Source: Trichoplax adhaerens
Lineage: Eukaryota; Animalia; Placozoa
DNA length: 64,000 nt
Direction of reading: 5' to 3'
NCBI RefSeq assembly: GCF_000150275.1
Contig: NW_002060955.1
Coordinates: 1,696,024-1,760,023 of the forward strand
Within the stretch, counting starts at the first letter, position 1; each line of letters starts with the position of its first letter. Positions 24,482 through 39,249 of this stretch are shown in pieces. The translations under genes were made by a program, and so were the position numbers. The notes below the pieces were generated by a model that was not told where the DNA came from, did not search any database, and was given only the letters and a program-made list of their open reading frames with translations.

Positions 24482-25526
24482 ATTATTGAGTACCAAGTGT
24501 ACCCAGTACAGTCCCGCTGCCAGACCGGTAAGGGCGTGGCGAGCTCCAGGTCGGGTAACCTTAGCAACAACACTCACTTCTGCCGCATTCATGGATGCAA
24601 GGTATCGATCACCATCGCAAGCATCCAGTTCTAAGCATAGGCATTACTTTCCAACGAGAATGAACCAGTCATTTAGTGTAAAATGATTGAAACTTACTAC
24701 TATGATGTGTGATTGTATATGAGATCGGTAGACGTTATCCCTTTGACTGATATAAGCAAGTTGTCAAGCCTTTCAGATACGATACGGTAGCCCAAGTTGA
24801 TTAATTATTCGATGGACGATCAGTATCAAGCAGTTTGTTCATATGATGACCGTAAGTGATTATCGTTCAACATCAACGCCAAACGATATTGCCTAGGGCT
24901 ATTTTTACAAGCCATGGATAATGACAGTGGATTACACAACTATCCTAGTCTACACTTCTCTACGGTATAGAATAAACGCATACAGTATTAAAGACGACGT
25001 TATTTCTATACTACTCCACAACTTACTCGACGTCCATTCTCAAATCCTACCCTTTGCTGATTTTCCATAACTTACCTTTAAAAGACTGAGTAGAGAGTGT
25101 CAATAGGCGCAATTTGGCCAGAATTAATTTCTCCTCCAATAAAATAAATAAAATAGTCCATTATTGCAATAGACGCTCTCCAACGCGTACAAGAAGATCA
25201 TTATCACTAGGCATCATCATTGCGCCAACTTGTTTATCCAATCATTGCATTAGCTGGACACAAGGCTAAGCCTCGTCAATTTGACAACAAAATAATCATA
25301 ACCATTCAATCCACCTTTGCTAGAATGACTGTTGACTAGCACACAGTGATGTCATAAAATAGCGATACAATCCATAATAAGTGTATTGACCAACTTAGCA
25401 ATTCATCCCATTAAAAAGTCCATCGTAAACAAGTCAATGGACATACTAGTATACGCGTAATTTTCCCATAGCATATACATGCAAATTGATTTTCAGCAAA
25501 AACAACTATTCCTATCCACTCAAAAG

Positions 25527-28500
25527 ATGAATGGTGACGATGACACTACAGTCGATCTGCAATCATCCACTAAACTTGGTTATCAACAGCAGCAAGAATG
25601 GGATAAATTATTCATCTTAAAACATTCTATTGCAGCTAAAGAAGAAAAACTTCGTCTATTAACCGATGAGCTAGCAAGATCCAATCGCCAACGAGATGCT
25701 TGGAAATCCAAAGTCGAGCAAATTACGGACGAGAAAGTTCAATTGCATGGTGAAATGATCCAATTTTCTACTTATCAACATAAAATACTATCACCTATTG
25801 CTGACTTGATTCAACAAATAGAAGCTGCATTGTATTTAACCAATGAACCTGCTGCAACATCGGATAACCATCAAGACAATATTTACGCTCTACCCCGCCG
25901 ATTAGAAACTTGCTATCATGCTTTAAAAGTGCGACTTTATCAACCAATGCATGACATCAATCAAACAAATCAGACATACATAGGAGATTATCGCTATAAC
26001 ACAAATAGTCATCATGACTATACTGTATCCGCTGCTGTAATTAGTCAGAAAAAGACCTTAATGCATAAAGCGGTACAAACAATTCAGGAGCAAAATACAA
26101 GTGCCAGTCCATTTCTTACAAGACCCAATATGAAACAGACTCTCGTGACTAAAGCAACCACCGATAGATATGATAGCCCCAATGACATTCGAGATAGCGA
26201 TAGGATAACACAGACAACAGCACACAATCACAATTTAATTGAAAATGATCCAAATACAATCAATCAAACCAATACCAAAGCAGATAATATTACTTTAAAT
26301 GCTCATTACTCTGCTATATCTAGTCACAGCTCCAGTAATATTCAGGATATAAAAATGAATAACATGGACGAATTGAAAAAGCAATTGCAAGAAAAAATAG
26401 AACAAATCAATTACCTAGAGCAACATAGCCATCAACAAGACCAAAAATTAAACACTTGCAAAGTATTACAAGGTACGATGGGCGTTGAAATAGCAAAATA
26501 TACCACAGATATTGCTAAATTACAACGGCAAGTTCAAGATCTTCAATCTCAATTAATCGTTAAAACGAATAAGATTACTTCGCTGCAACAACAGCAACAA
26601 CTACTAGAGGAATGTCGTCAAGAAATACAAACATTACTAGCAGAAAGAAATAATTTATTCAAGATGGTCGGTAAATTACAAGATTCCCTTGGAATAAATC
26701 CATTACATCATTTTGATCATGCCACGATAACTCAACAGTATAAATCTTGGGCTACTCAGCCTTTACAAACTGGTCAAAAGTATCAGAAAAATAAAACAAT
26801 CATTGATAATAGTATAAAAACAAGTGGTCATCAACCACACCAAAATCAACAAGCCAAGCAAACGTCTGATTTAAGTGTCGTTATGGAACGATTTAAAGGT
26901 TCTTACTATCTTTATTACAACATGATTGAAACTTGTACTATATTTTGTTGATAGTACTTGTTTAGAAGTGAGATACTTCACTGTACTTCGAATTTATCTA
27001 CCGCTACACTCTAACAAACAAGGAACTTGCCACTATGATAAAGTAAATCCATTTCAATTTCTTTTATTAGCGTATCAGAAAGACTTGGATGTAGCTCATC
27101 GAGATTTGATATCCAAAGGACAAACGCATAATGATAGTAAGAGACGGACATTTGCAATGAAATGAAATTTTCAGTTCACACCTTCACACTATCTTAGCTA
27201 AAATATAGTTCAATAGCTAAATCAGGCGAAATAGACTGTCCTGTAGATTCGTTTTTAATCATACTTGTCGACGCCTGTAGCATCGCAAGTTTTTATGTTA
27301 AAAATTTTTCTCCGTCTTAGTATGCAAAGCAGCCTTCAAAATGCAGAAACAAATTACAAATATGCGCAAGGAAATTGACACATTATTAACAAGGTGATGA
27401 TAACCGTTTCAATAATATACTTGACCAAGTCACAATACCTCAAAATATATTTCCGATGTTAAAATGTAGATCCTTTTATATCTTATTATGAGAACATCAC
27501 AATAGTTTAGAACATCTGAAATGACTTTTAAATTGATATTTTATTGATAATTACAGATTAGATTGGTTAGCTGAAGAGCGTGAAACATTGTTAAAGGTTC
27601 GATTTTTATCGTGCTATTGATGATAGATCGTTAGGAATAAAGACTACTATACTATACTTATAAATTATATCCTATAGAACCGTATCTGGATGAATTTTTG
27701 TCCAATTTAACATCCAATATTACCTGTACTTATTTCTTTTTGCTCATAACTTGTTTAATGAGAATTTTTTAGTCTATATGCTTATAATTCCATTCATTAC
27801 CTTAAGAAACTTATAGAATAATTTTATCTTCCCTAATTGCACAAAATGTGTGTATTAGTGAGGTGTTAACGGTCATTAATAGGATAATATTATCCAGTAT
27901 TTCTTCCTATACTTATAACGTATGTACTATTACTATGTAGCAATGTTATTTTTATTAATTATACCCTAAGCGGTACCTTTACGAATGGCTTTAATCACCA
28001 TCTATTATGCATATGGAAATAGTTTAAAGTTATTTTGGTTCATGCCTATTAATAACAGGATAAAAAAAGTAGTCAACGACTGGCAAAAGACTTGACCGAG
28101 CGTCTAAAACATTCCAAAGCCTCCAATGAGAATTTACAGGCTGAAATTTTATTGCTGAGGGGAGAAATTGGTTTTAAAGATCAATTAATAGATCATCTAC
28201 GTATGTCCGTTGAACAAGTAAGATTATGCTTATATCACTTATGCAAACACGATTATCTTTCTATCCTCTAAAGCAAAGCATAGTAAAGTATGTAGAAGAA
28301 GGAAGGAGATTGAATAGAATATAATTATATTGAGATTTCATTATTCGCTTAGGCTAAAATAAATCAAGCTGCAATTGTTACCTTGGCAGAAAAACGAATT
28401 GAAGAGATGAATCAAGTAAGTTCTATTTTGCTATAACTACTTCAGAACATGGCAAGGGGAAATTATAATCATTCCTTACAAATAAGCTACAATCTATTGA

Positions 28501-29847
28501 ATCATTAACATGATTGCGTCAATAATTTTATGAATACTAACTAATCATGCTCGGAATATATTCTAGGCTACTCAAGTTAAGCACGCCAAAATTCTACCAT
28601 CTCTGCCAAATGATATTGATGCTTTAAGGTTAACATGGTAGCAAGCCTAATAGTTATTCTCCATAGATCAGATAGACTTTACAAGTAACGTAAACTCTTG
28701 CTTTTCTGTTACAGAAGTGCGAAAACTGGTTTACCACCAATCAATTCAGAAACAAATACTGTTGAATCGGTAACTGATCATAACAGAAGCACTGCTACAT
28801 TTAATATTTGCAGTTATGCTAGACGTAAAATCATAATAATCTATACGCGTATGTAGCATGGTGATCACTCTAACCCTAAAGCTGACGAAATTAGCCGTAA
28901 ACTTCAAACTGAAACTCCAGCTGATCAAGTATAAATTAATCTAAAAACTTTGATTCATGATTCCTTGATACATTTTATGTGAGGAAGTAATAATCCCTCA
29001 GAATTTATGTAATTATTGGCATAGTTTGTAACTATTTTACTTAAAGCTAATTTCTTATTTTATCGTCTTCCATTAGTTCAATTCCGTTCCTACAGGAAAA
29101 CAATTGCATAATTTACATCCTAATATCCATCAACAGCTACTGCACGACATTAATGTTCTCAGGCAACAGCAATTAGACATTTTAATGGACAATAACCAAT
29201 CATCCTCAACGGTTGAATTAGTTATATCGTCTAGAGTACCCAAGGATCAACATGAATCTTCAACGTCCGCTTTTCATCTCTCTGAGATAACGCAGGATGC
29301 TAGTGATCAATCAACTGTAAAAAAGGATGAAAAGTCATCGGCATCAGGACAGGGTCTAAATTTATCCGCTAAATTCGAAAATACCGACAACTTGTCATCA
29401 TTTACTGACGGTACCTATATTAATTGGATGAGTTATATAAAAATTTGTAATAAAGCAATGACGTTATTGTTTACATGATTAAGCATTTACTAACTATTCT
29501 CATACCGAAACGAATTGTAGACAGTTTATTATATAATTCAACGATGAATGAAAGGAATCAATTAACCGGCCAGGTATTGAATAAAGACGTCTATCAACGT
29601 TTACGGCTTCGATTGAACGCATTGAAGCGGTTGGGAGGGCGATTAGAAGAAGATAATACAGGTTCTGCATGTAGCTAATTTTATTTATTATTTGTGCCTT
29701 TAATATTTTATATTTAAAAAGTGGCTTTACACAGATGAAACTTTAACTCCGGTATTTTTAACTAGAATTGCATCAGATGATCCAAAATCATGATAGTAAA
29801 CTAAAAAAGTGCCGGCAAAAAGAAAAGGATATTTCTAGCTTGATGTA
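25527..29847 (+). CDS. Uncharacterised multi-exon coiled-coil protein
   Basis: Large first exon (ORF 25479-26951, donor ~26898) with Q/E/K/L heptads. Ten further in-phase GT-AG exons at ~27071, 27321, 27556, 28060, 28353, 28568, 28714, 29077, 29521 and 29766 end ..KEKDISSLM*. The start (25479 or 25527) and the last exon are uncertain. Confidence 0.75.
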
Positions 29848-30126
29848 AGATTCATAGCAGTGTCCTCTTCTTCAATGAGTACATGTAAATAGCGGATAAT
29901 CCAAACTCACGATAGCAAGTTTAAAAAATGCCGGTGAAAGAAATGGATATTTCTAGCTTAAAGTAAAATTTCCAACGGATCTTCTTCAACGAGTACATAT
30001 AAATAGCGCAAAAATGCAAATTCATGATAGCAACTTTAAAATTGCCGGTAAAAAGAAAAGGATATTCCTCACTCCATGTGAAATTGGCCATAGAGCAATT
30101 TTCTTCATCGAGTACATGTAAATAGC
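29779..30126 (+). repeat. ~115-bp tandem repeat, 3 copies; the first overlaps the last coding exon
   Basis: catgatag..tgccgg..aaagaaaaggatatt..ttcttca..gagtacatgtaaatagc occurs three times. Confidence 0.85.
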
Positions 30127-31888
30127 TAATGATTAACACAGATATCAATGTCCAAGTTCCCTACATATTTTAAGTTTGCTATTGTACGCATGCATATGTG
30201 GAATATTAGATCAGCATAGTTTAATTTCATACGACAGAATTACGGGAATGATTTTCAAAAGACTAAACATTATGACGTTTCACTTTACGTGCATTGCACT
30301 ATTTATGTATTATTTAAGCTTTGCGCTACGTTAAATAGTTATATTATGTCTCAGTGGTCGGTTTTGCTGGATTATTTCAATATTGATATTTCATCTTGAC
30401 AGAACCTAATCCTGTGATAATTTAATTTTTCTTCATGGATCAGCATGTAAATAGAACACTATGGTATAAGTATAATTAATACTATGTTAAAGCGTTAAAA
30501 ATCTAGACAGCCATAACTCTAATACTGCAATAACTGATATTAAAATAGAAACAGTGGAATATTCATATAGTTGCAGATTTTCACTAGAGTATACGTTATT
30601 TAAGCTTTGCGGCAGTTCGTTCTTCTACAAAAATATTTCTTATATTAGTAAATATCCTTACTTTTCGGATATGTTTAAATATTATATCATGCTTTGATTC
30701 TGATGTTGATGTAGGTGCTAATTTAATTTTAATTAATTAAGTAATTGTATGCCAATCATTGTACATTTGATGAAAATTTTCCGGAAATCTCAACTGTATC
30801 TATATAGTACGGTCAAAAATTAGAATCGTACTGGTATAGCCATAGTATCACATTTCAGATTCATTCTTTTACAATAAAGTAAATAGCTGAAACCAATCGT
30901 TAGAAATTGAAAATTTTTTATTCTAATCAAGGTTATAACCTGAGATACTAGGTTATTATTCAACGAACGATATTACTGTAGTACTATATTGCTATAGAGT
31001 AAATCCGTAAATACGAAATCCCATATTCATAATCTAAGCTATTTGAGAGCAAGAATGAATGAACAAAGTTTCATTTGATATGTAAAAGTTACTAAATTTC
31101 CAATGTAAATTAATGCGATAATACAGATAATTTATATAGAGCATCCATGAAACTAAGACAGCAATAGAATAAGTCATCAAACATTAAATCATCTTGTTTC
31201 CATAACGACAAACATTAGTTTGAACAATAAGTAGCCTATAAATTTGTAAAAATTTCACTTGTATCTTGTGTCTTTAACTTTCCTTGATAAGCATATCTGC
31301 TGCAGTAAGGCAATGCATTGCATTGTATAACGTTAGAAAATGCAAGATTAGCTATTAAGGTAAGAAGAGAACCGGAAAGCAGCTGTAACAAATAAGACAT
31401 AGAGATGAATTTGTATGAAAAGATAGTTTAGCCCTTAGTTACTACCGTTGCTTTCTGTAAAAAGTTGCCATACTTTAGGCACGGCGTAGAAAATGATCAA
31501 GTATCAAGCAGAAATAAACTTATAGATAAAGACAAAGCATTAAACAAGATTATATATTACGATGGTAATTCCATTTTTGTATATTATACAAATTCGTTCT
31601 AGGCCAAGATATGAAAGTATACGGTATATCGCAACGAATACGTAAAGCTTAATCTCATATAGTACGAAACATGCAAAAATATCATGCACGTTAGCAATAA
31701 GCAAGTTATTATTATCACCTATCTACCCATCTAAAATAATAATTTTCATCTACTAGAAACGAAAGGCATAAGCAGTGTAAAAGTAATTAGTTTTACTCCT
31801 CTGATCTGGTGTTAAATATATCTTTGAAAGATATTAATTCATTCATTAATTAATATTTGATTTCGCTAAGCGAATTAGAATAGGTTTT

Positions 31889-34800
31889 TTATTTTTTACA
31901 ATCTTCAACTAGTTTTTTAATGCCGCTAACGATGGATAATCCCAGATAGGCATTGAAGCCTCTCTCGTAATAGTCAGGTGCGTGGCCTCTGTTAAAATAG
32001 AAGGTTTGCACTTTAGTCATTTCGCTCGATTGCCTAGATAAATGATGAATGACTATGAAATAATTAGAGTAAATATTAACTTACCTATCGTCAATTCTGA
32101 ATATATAGGTCAATCTAGATTCACCACGTTCTGTTGGTTCAATTAAGAATCGCTCAGCTAGAACAATACCACGAGTTTCACCAATAGGTAAAGCACTATT
32201 GTATGATATCGATGCTGAGACGAGCACGCAAGAACCACGTTGTAAATGTGTTCTCCAAGATCTATAATCGATAAAAATAAAGCATATAGAGTTTTACCGT
32301 TGAATGTGTTTATTTCTAGTACTTGGATAAAAGTAGAATTTAGCTGTGTCTTTTACAGTTTTATGATGTATTTACTCACCGTAGTGCATAATAATCCCTC
32401 GAGTCCATAGTGCTCATTGAAGAGGAATTTTTGACATAATAATGAATATCGGTTTGGCAATCAAGAGTTTCTACAACTTTGTGGTTTTGCACCATTTTAT
32501 CCCACAAATGTCTACAATATTTGTTGTTCACAATCAGTCTTAGCGTCGCAAGAATGTATTCACCCATGATGTTATTATATACTATACAAACCTATCATTG
32601 AGTAGTAATTCCAAGATATCTTCAGCAACACCATTGACAGTGGTAACAGCTCTGGCTAACGATAATGGATAGTCATCGCTAGCTTTTTTAAATGAAATTT
32701 CTATTCCGTTTTGCAAACTGTACGGTACCCAGCCACTAAATTTATTTTTATATTCCTATAGATTGATATAAAGTATTAAGTGATGAATAACAATAAATAT
32801 TAAAAATTGGAATGGAAGTGTCAATGATTATTCTAATAACGATGAGATAAAAATTTGAAGGTTTATTATTACATTTATAACGATTCCAACTGCATTCTTA
32901 ATGTAACTCTTAAAATCACTCTTTCCATCCGATTTACGTCGTCCTAAATCGGACAGTTGTAAGGGTTGGCCAAGGTCCAACGATGTAAAATCGCAAGCCT
33001 TGACAATGTCAGATGAAATCTGAAATCGAGGTATATGAAGAATCATTTCTTTAGCATAATAACCTTGCCATGAATACATTATGATGTCAGTTTCTACATA
33101 TAATTTTGACTTACCGTAAACAATTTTTCATGGTTACGAATCATTAAATCAAGTACGTCAATGACGGTCTAACCAGATTGATTCATCATAAACCCATTTC
33201 AGTATATAGAATTGTAATCTTAAGACATGAAATAAAGAATGCTATAATCGAATTAAACTTACAACGCTGTCATTAATTTCTTTACTGTTGGCAAGATTGG
33301 ATGGCGAAGAAGGCCATGGTAATATCTTTTGTAGAGGACCAGTTTGACTCGCTACGCTAAATAATGATGGGCTTAAACATACAGCAAGGCTATTGATAGT
33401 CATCTGAAAATAGAGACAAATACATGAAATTTACTTATAGGCAGACAAGTATGGATATAACATTTCCTACCTGATGCATATCGGAATGGGATGCAACATC
33501 ACTTAAAAATTCCAAGAGAAATCTTAAGGCATCACGGCTTTCGTCTGGCATCAGTAGAACAGCCAATTGAGTATAGTAAAACCTTAAGTCACTTTCAACA
33601 TCTACAACAGTAATAAAACAAGGCGTTAATGATATATTCTATATAGGCTTACAGTAGCTTTTCCATTTTAAATGTACATGATTTTATAAAGACCAAAATT
33701 TCTGTCATTTTGCTGTTAAAGACAGGTTCAGGCAATTCTCGAAAATATCCCTTGAGCATATCAGCAATATCATGGTGATAAGATTTTTCAAATTCGTTGA
33801 AATTACTGTTCGCTTCACATTTTTTACGTAGTGTAGATACGCGCGATTTGACGCCAGCTTTTCTAAAGATGCCTTCAATAGCTAAGGATAAGAAATTATT
33901 TTGAGTGTATAATTATAGTTTACGTGTATGTATGGCACTATAGTGTAGCAGATGATGCAAAGCAGTGTAAAACTATTTTATCTAAAGATTCTTATAATGA
34001 TATACGTATTTACCGTTTCTACGTAGATAGTCTAGAGCATTGATAATAGATTGAGGTAGGGAGCGTCCAGTTCTTTCCAATACAATCCATAAAGGTAAGT
34101 TTAGTAATTTATCTACGAATGAATGCAGATACAAGATACAAATTTAAATAGTAGGAAAATAATGCACTTAAATGCGCAGTTCTTTGCAATACAATCAATC
34201 CATAAAGATAAGTTTAGTAATAAATCTACGAATAAATGCGAATAGTAATTTGACTAGTAGGACAAAAATGGACTTGAACGTCCAAGTCTTTGCAAAACAA
34301 TCCATAAAGGTAAGATTAATACTTAATTTACATATGATTCGACTAGAAATTAAAATACAGTATTGAGTGCGAGGAAAAAAATAGACTTGTATGGTGGTCA
34401 TTATACATTAATCTTGTAGTACCTCTGGATTCATTTTTTGGTCTTTTGCGAACAAGTTTGGATGGCAGTAGCCTAATTAATGATATTGAGAATGATTTTA
34501 TTAACTGTTAGGTTCACTGATTGGGTAAAGATGAAAATGTCTAAGTTAGAGCCATAAAATTACCTATCTAAAGTCTGCTTAGTCGATGATTGATTTTCTA
34601 ACATTTCCGTAAGTTTACTAAAGGCAAACTTTTGCACAGCAGCAAATTGGCCGGCTGTTAATTCACTGAGGCTAAAGTCCCTAAATAGAAGAAATAAAGA
34701 AGGCATGATACCTTGGCCGTTAAATATAGATATAAGACTGAGAGTAGGAATTCTATGTATTTACCTTTCCATCTTAACAGGGACAACAGCACGTCCAAAT

Positions 34801-37560
34801 GGATGCCATTTTGAGCTTTTCTTGCTAACACGATGTGCAAGACTACAAGAAATAAACATAAACATAGGGGTAAATATACCAAGCCATAACTACATCATTG
34901 GTATATTATTTCATGGCATTAAAAGAAACATTGACCTATAAATAATATAATCAAACCTTGGCTGACGTAAAGCATGGGAATCTTTACGTAAAACAACGGC
35001 ATCATGAAATCGATGACTGTTTGAATCAAGTAGGTTGGGATCGCTGGAATCTGAATCTGTTTCGACCCGATCGGATAACTCCATAGAACTCTTTTTGTGC
35101 CCTGTATAGAGGTATTAAAAGTCATAGAAAGCGAATGCGTAACTACAACAATATCCATGTAGAATAACGATAGAGGCAACGATGACACTGTCACAAACCT
35201 TCCAGGTCACTTGAATCATCTTGTAGAACAACCAAGTCAGCTAAACTGGCAGACTTTTGACTACTAGACAATGAAGCTTTCGATAGCTGGTTGTTACTTT
35301 CAGCTGTTGCATCGTTGTCTTTTCCTATATTTAGATTGCTATGACCATCCATAAATGGTAAATCTCTCTTTGCATAGTCATCACCTCCACTCGACGACCT
35401 AGCATGGTATCGATCTTTCGTATTTTCAATCCTTTTATTGTATAATAGGGGAAATGATCCAGTAATACTTTTGTTGGCGTTCATTCCATAAAGTCCAAAT
35501 CTACTTTCAATAAACTTATTGCGTGGTTTTTTGTGCCCACTTTGAGCCATGTTAGACATCCTATTATTGGATATCGTTATAGTTTTACTTTGCTCACTCG
35601 ATTCCAACTCTGTCGATCTTTGTGTTGTCCTCGATGTGCTGTGAATATCAACCGACGATCGAGAAATAGAATCACTCCCAATGTTGGTGTCGGAAGGATC
35701 CATTTGACGGACATTCAGCAAACTCTTTGCTAAATTTTTGCTAGTATCACCATTCCATGTTCGATTATAATTCTTGGTAGGGCGTTTTGAATAATTGGAA
35801 CCCACACTAGAGGTGCGTATAACCTCTGGTGACTGAATACAGTTATCATAGCCAGCTGCTTTATCGGGAAAATCGGAAATTTGTGTCATAATGTCATAAA
35901 CGGGAAATTTGGGAGGTATAGCACTGGCTTTAGATCTATCTTGAAATCGACTGGATAAGGCAACAAGTTCGTTTTTATTTCCTTTCACTACTGGTTCAAC
36001 TACAAAAGGCTTCCTGATATTTTTATCGAAAGAAGAAATTGTAAATGCTCTATCCGGTTTACGTCGATCTGTTTGTTGAGGGATATCGAGCTTAGATGTA
36101 GTTGAAAATTTAGTAATTGAAGAGGTATGAGAAGCTTGTTGAGAATCTACTTTATCTAGTGATGATGGCTTTGCTAGGTTGGTATCTGTTAAGGTATGAC
36201 TACTTGAATTTGGAGTTAAACTTTTAGTGTTATCGTTGACATATTGATTTAATAGGTTGATTCGCCTATGCCACATTTTAAGGGTAGAAATAAATGAAAA
36301 CATTGAGAATTAGCTATGGTAGAATTTTAATTTTACAACAATATCCTTCTTCAATCATGATGCCCTTTTATGATCTTACCGAATGACAGCATTAATTGAG
36401 CTAGCATCCATGAAACTGTTATCTTTTTTAACAGTTGCAATGTCGATGGGAAATTGTCCGTCTAAATGAAGACATGGATTGGAAATTGGTACAACATATA
36501 TAACATATCCATAACATAAAATAAGCTACGTGTAAATTTTCCATCTTTGCGTAGACATGTTATGATTACAACGACTGTGTTGTGAGAGAGCTCGATCATG
36601 CATGCTACATACCTTCATAGGCTCGAGCATAACGAGAGAAACCCGTAAATTTGAGCCATTGGCAAGCTTCTCCTGCATCTTTTTCTACAGTATGAAAAGG
36701 AAATATTTTTGTAAGAAGGGATAAAGCAAGGCAATTTTTGTACTGGATGTTATTGCTAAAGTCATTGATTGGTATTCTACTGCTATACCTGTGACATTGA
36801 CAATTTGGTTTTTACTAATTCTTGGCAATTCGGGGGAAGATTGTACACGAGTAGCATCGTTATGGCCAATATTAAAGATTGCCTTGGATGGTAAATTAAT
36901 TAATGACTTTGTTTGATTGATTGCTTCATGTTGAATTTGTCCTAAATTTTTAGAGTCCAAACTTTGTGTGCTGCCAGCCAACTACAGACAATAAAGTAAG
37001 CGTAGAATAACGATATCATGGTTGTTGAATGCTAGTTGTTTCTTGATTTTTAAGGTGGTATTGATGATGCTTTACTTACTTGCAAACTTTCTAAATCTTT
37101 CTGTAACTGCTCGTTTTGCTGGGATAGCAAATCAAGTTCTTGATCTAAGCTTTTAAGTAGCTATATAGCGATGGAGGTAGAAAATATGGATTATTTTAAA
37201 GCGTATAAAATATTGTCGAAGTATCTACTTTTTCAGTAAGTATAGTAGTTTTCATTAGTAAATCAAGCTCTGTGTGTTCATTTTTACTAGCTAGATGGAG
37301 ATAGAGAAAGACAAATGCATTTCTTGTCGATATCCTCTTTGACGGTCGCTATACAGTACTGTAGTTAAAGTAAACTAATCTACTAGTTTTTACACGTTAC
37401 TTCAAATGGAGTAGTTGATGTAAGCTTTTAAGTAGCTGCTAGTAGACAATTTACTCATTATGAAGAAACTTTAAGAACGATATTACCTCTTTGTCAACTT
37501 GAGCGACTACGCCAGATTTCAGACCATTCTCCATTGAAAGAAACTTGCTGCTATCGACAT
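31889..37560 (-). CDS. STARD13: DLC-family RhoGAP (SAM - Ser-rich linker - RhoGAP - START), DLC1/STARD13-like
   Basis: SAM: DAGEACQWLKFTGFSRYARAYE / GQFPIDI (~36685-36381). Ser-rich exon ~36265-35199. LTAGQFAAVQK. RhoGAP: ERTGRSLPQSI..GIFRKAGVKSR..DIADMLKGYFRELPEP, with the arginine finger present. START ends RGHAPDYY..CKK* (stop 31889). The 5' end is unresolved, and the symbol denotes the family, not one-to-one orthology. Confidence 0.92.
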
Positions 37561-37904
37561 CTGTAGGAGGAAGAAAAAGCGAAGAATTGAGCTTTATTCC
37601 TTGCATTCAAGATTGACTGTCTACTATAGCAAAAGATGATGATTTATTTGCATCTGGCAATACTAATACAGCCCCCCCCCCTCCATTGATTTTGCTGTTT
37701 CTTCGAAGGAAAGACTGTGCGCAAGTGTCTGCACTCCGCAGGTCATAAAAGTATACAGTCCAGCGAGCAAGAAAGGCAAGCTGTTGTCGTCTAGTTTGGA
37801 GATATTTTATGGCCCAAGATTACTGGTATGATTTTATGGACAAGGATTAAGGTATCTTTCTCCTTTCTTGCAAAGCCTTGACAAGCAATTGGAGACATTC
37901 AGCT

Positions 37905-38410
37905 ATGGTCAAGAAGCAATCTTGCTCGCTACCGTTGTTAAAATGGAAAAGCACCCAAATGAATGATGGCCTAGACACAAATTGGAGCGATAGCTAGAAT
38001 CAAGAAGCAATCTCTCTTGCTACCGCGTTGTTAAAATCCAAATGAATGATGGCCTAGACACAAAGTGGAGCGATAGCTAGAGTCAAGAAGCAATTTCTCT
38101 TGCTACCGTTGGTAAAATAGAAAAGCATCCAAATGAATGATGGCCTAGGCACAAATTGGAGCGACAACTAGAGTCAAGAAGCAATCTCTCTTGCTACCGT
38201 TGTTAAAATGGAAAAGCATCCAAATGAATGATGGATTGATGGCACACGGACAGGAGGATAAAGTGGAGCGATGGCTAGGGTCAAGAAGCAATCCATTCGT
38301 GCTACTGTCGTTGAAATAGATTTCTCATGGAAGACATGATCTCCCTACCCCTCCAAAAAAAAATGATGGCTAGGATCAAGAAACAATCCACCCGTACTAC
38401 CGTCGTTAAG
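37905..38410. repeat. ~80-bp tandem repeat, ~6 copies
   Basis: tcaagaagcaatctctcttgctaccgttgttaaaat..ccaaatgaatgatggcctagacacaaattggagcga recurs. Confidence 0.9.
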
Positions 38411-39249
38411 GTTCAAATGGGAATGGCTGTTAGTTAAAATAAGAAAAAGGATAGGAAATGGCGAATAGTGGATGGTAATGTCAAGTGACGATGATCGCCT
38501 ACAACGAGTATCTTCATTTTTAGCATGTTTAACATCTTCATCTTACCGACTAGGAGTAAAACAGACATGATATTCCCAACGAACGAATGGATAATGATTT
38601 TCAAGACAACCTAAAGAACGCTCATCAAAACTTTAATCTCATCAGATCAAAACGATTAATGCCGATAACTTGCAATGGTGACCACTCCGTGTCGACAACT
38701 ATGCGTAAAATCGAGGATGGAAATGATGTTAAATAGCCACAAATTGAGCTTTCCAAGGGTATACAAGTTAAGCAAAACAATAAGGATTAGAAATGATGAT
38801 GGGAAAAGACAGCAAGGTGTTGGAATTGACGATTGCATCATCTAGCGCTAAGCTGTCATGATTTGCACAACATTCCTGGAGCTAGTTGTTATTTCAACCC
38901 TTATATGGGTAAAAAAAAGTCTTGGATGATGGCCATCTATTGATGCAAACTTATTGGAAATGCAATATCAACGGATGATCCATGTCTGGTTATTCTTCGA
39001 CCGGAAATCAGCCTGTCAAGAAATGGCATGATTGACAGTTGGATGCTATCGTCAAAGGTTTACTGGAGTGATTGTGATTGCAAGCCATTGCAGCTTGTAA
39101 AAATAAAATCAAGGGGTGAGAAGATGACAACATTATGTCCTACTAATCCTATTACGACATTGTTATTCTATTTGGAAAGTTACATAAAACGAGGAATGGA
39201 TATTGTGTTTGTCAACGCCAGTGGTGCTTAAGCTGAGCTACCGACAGTG

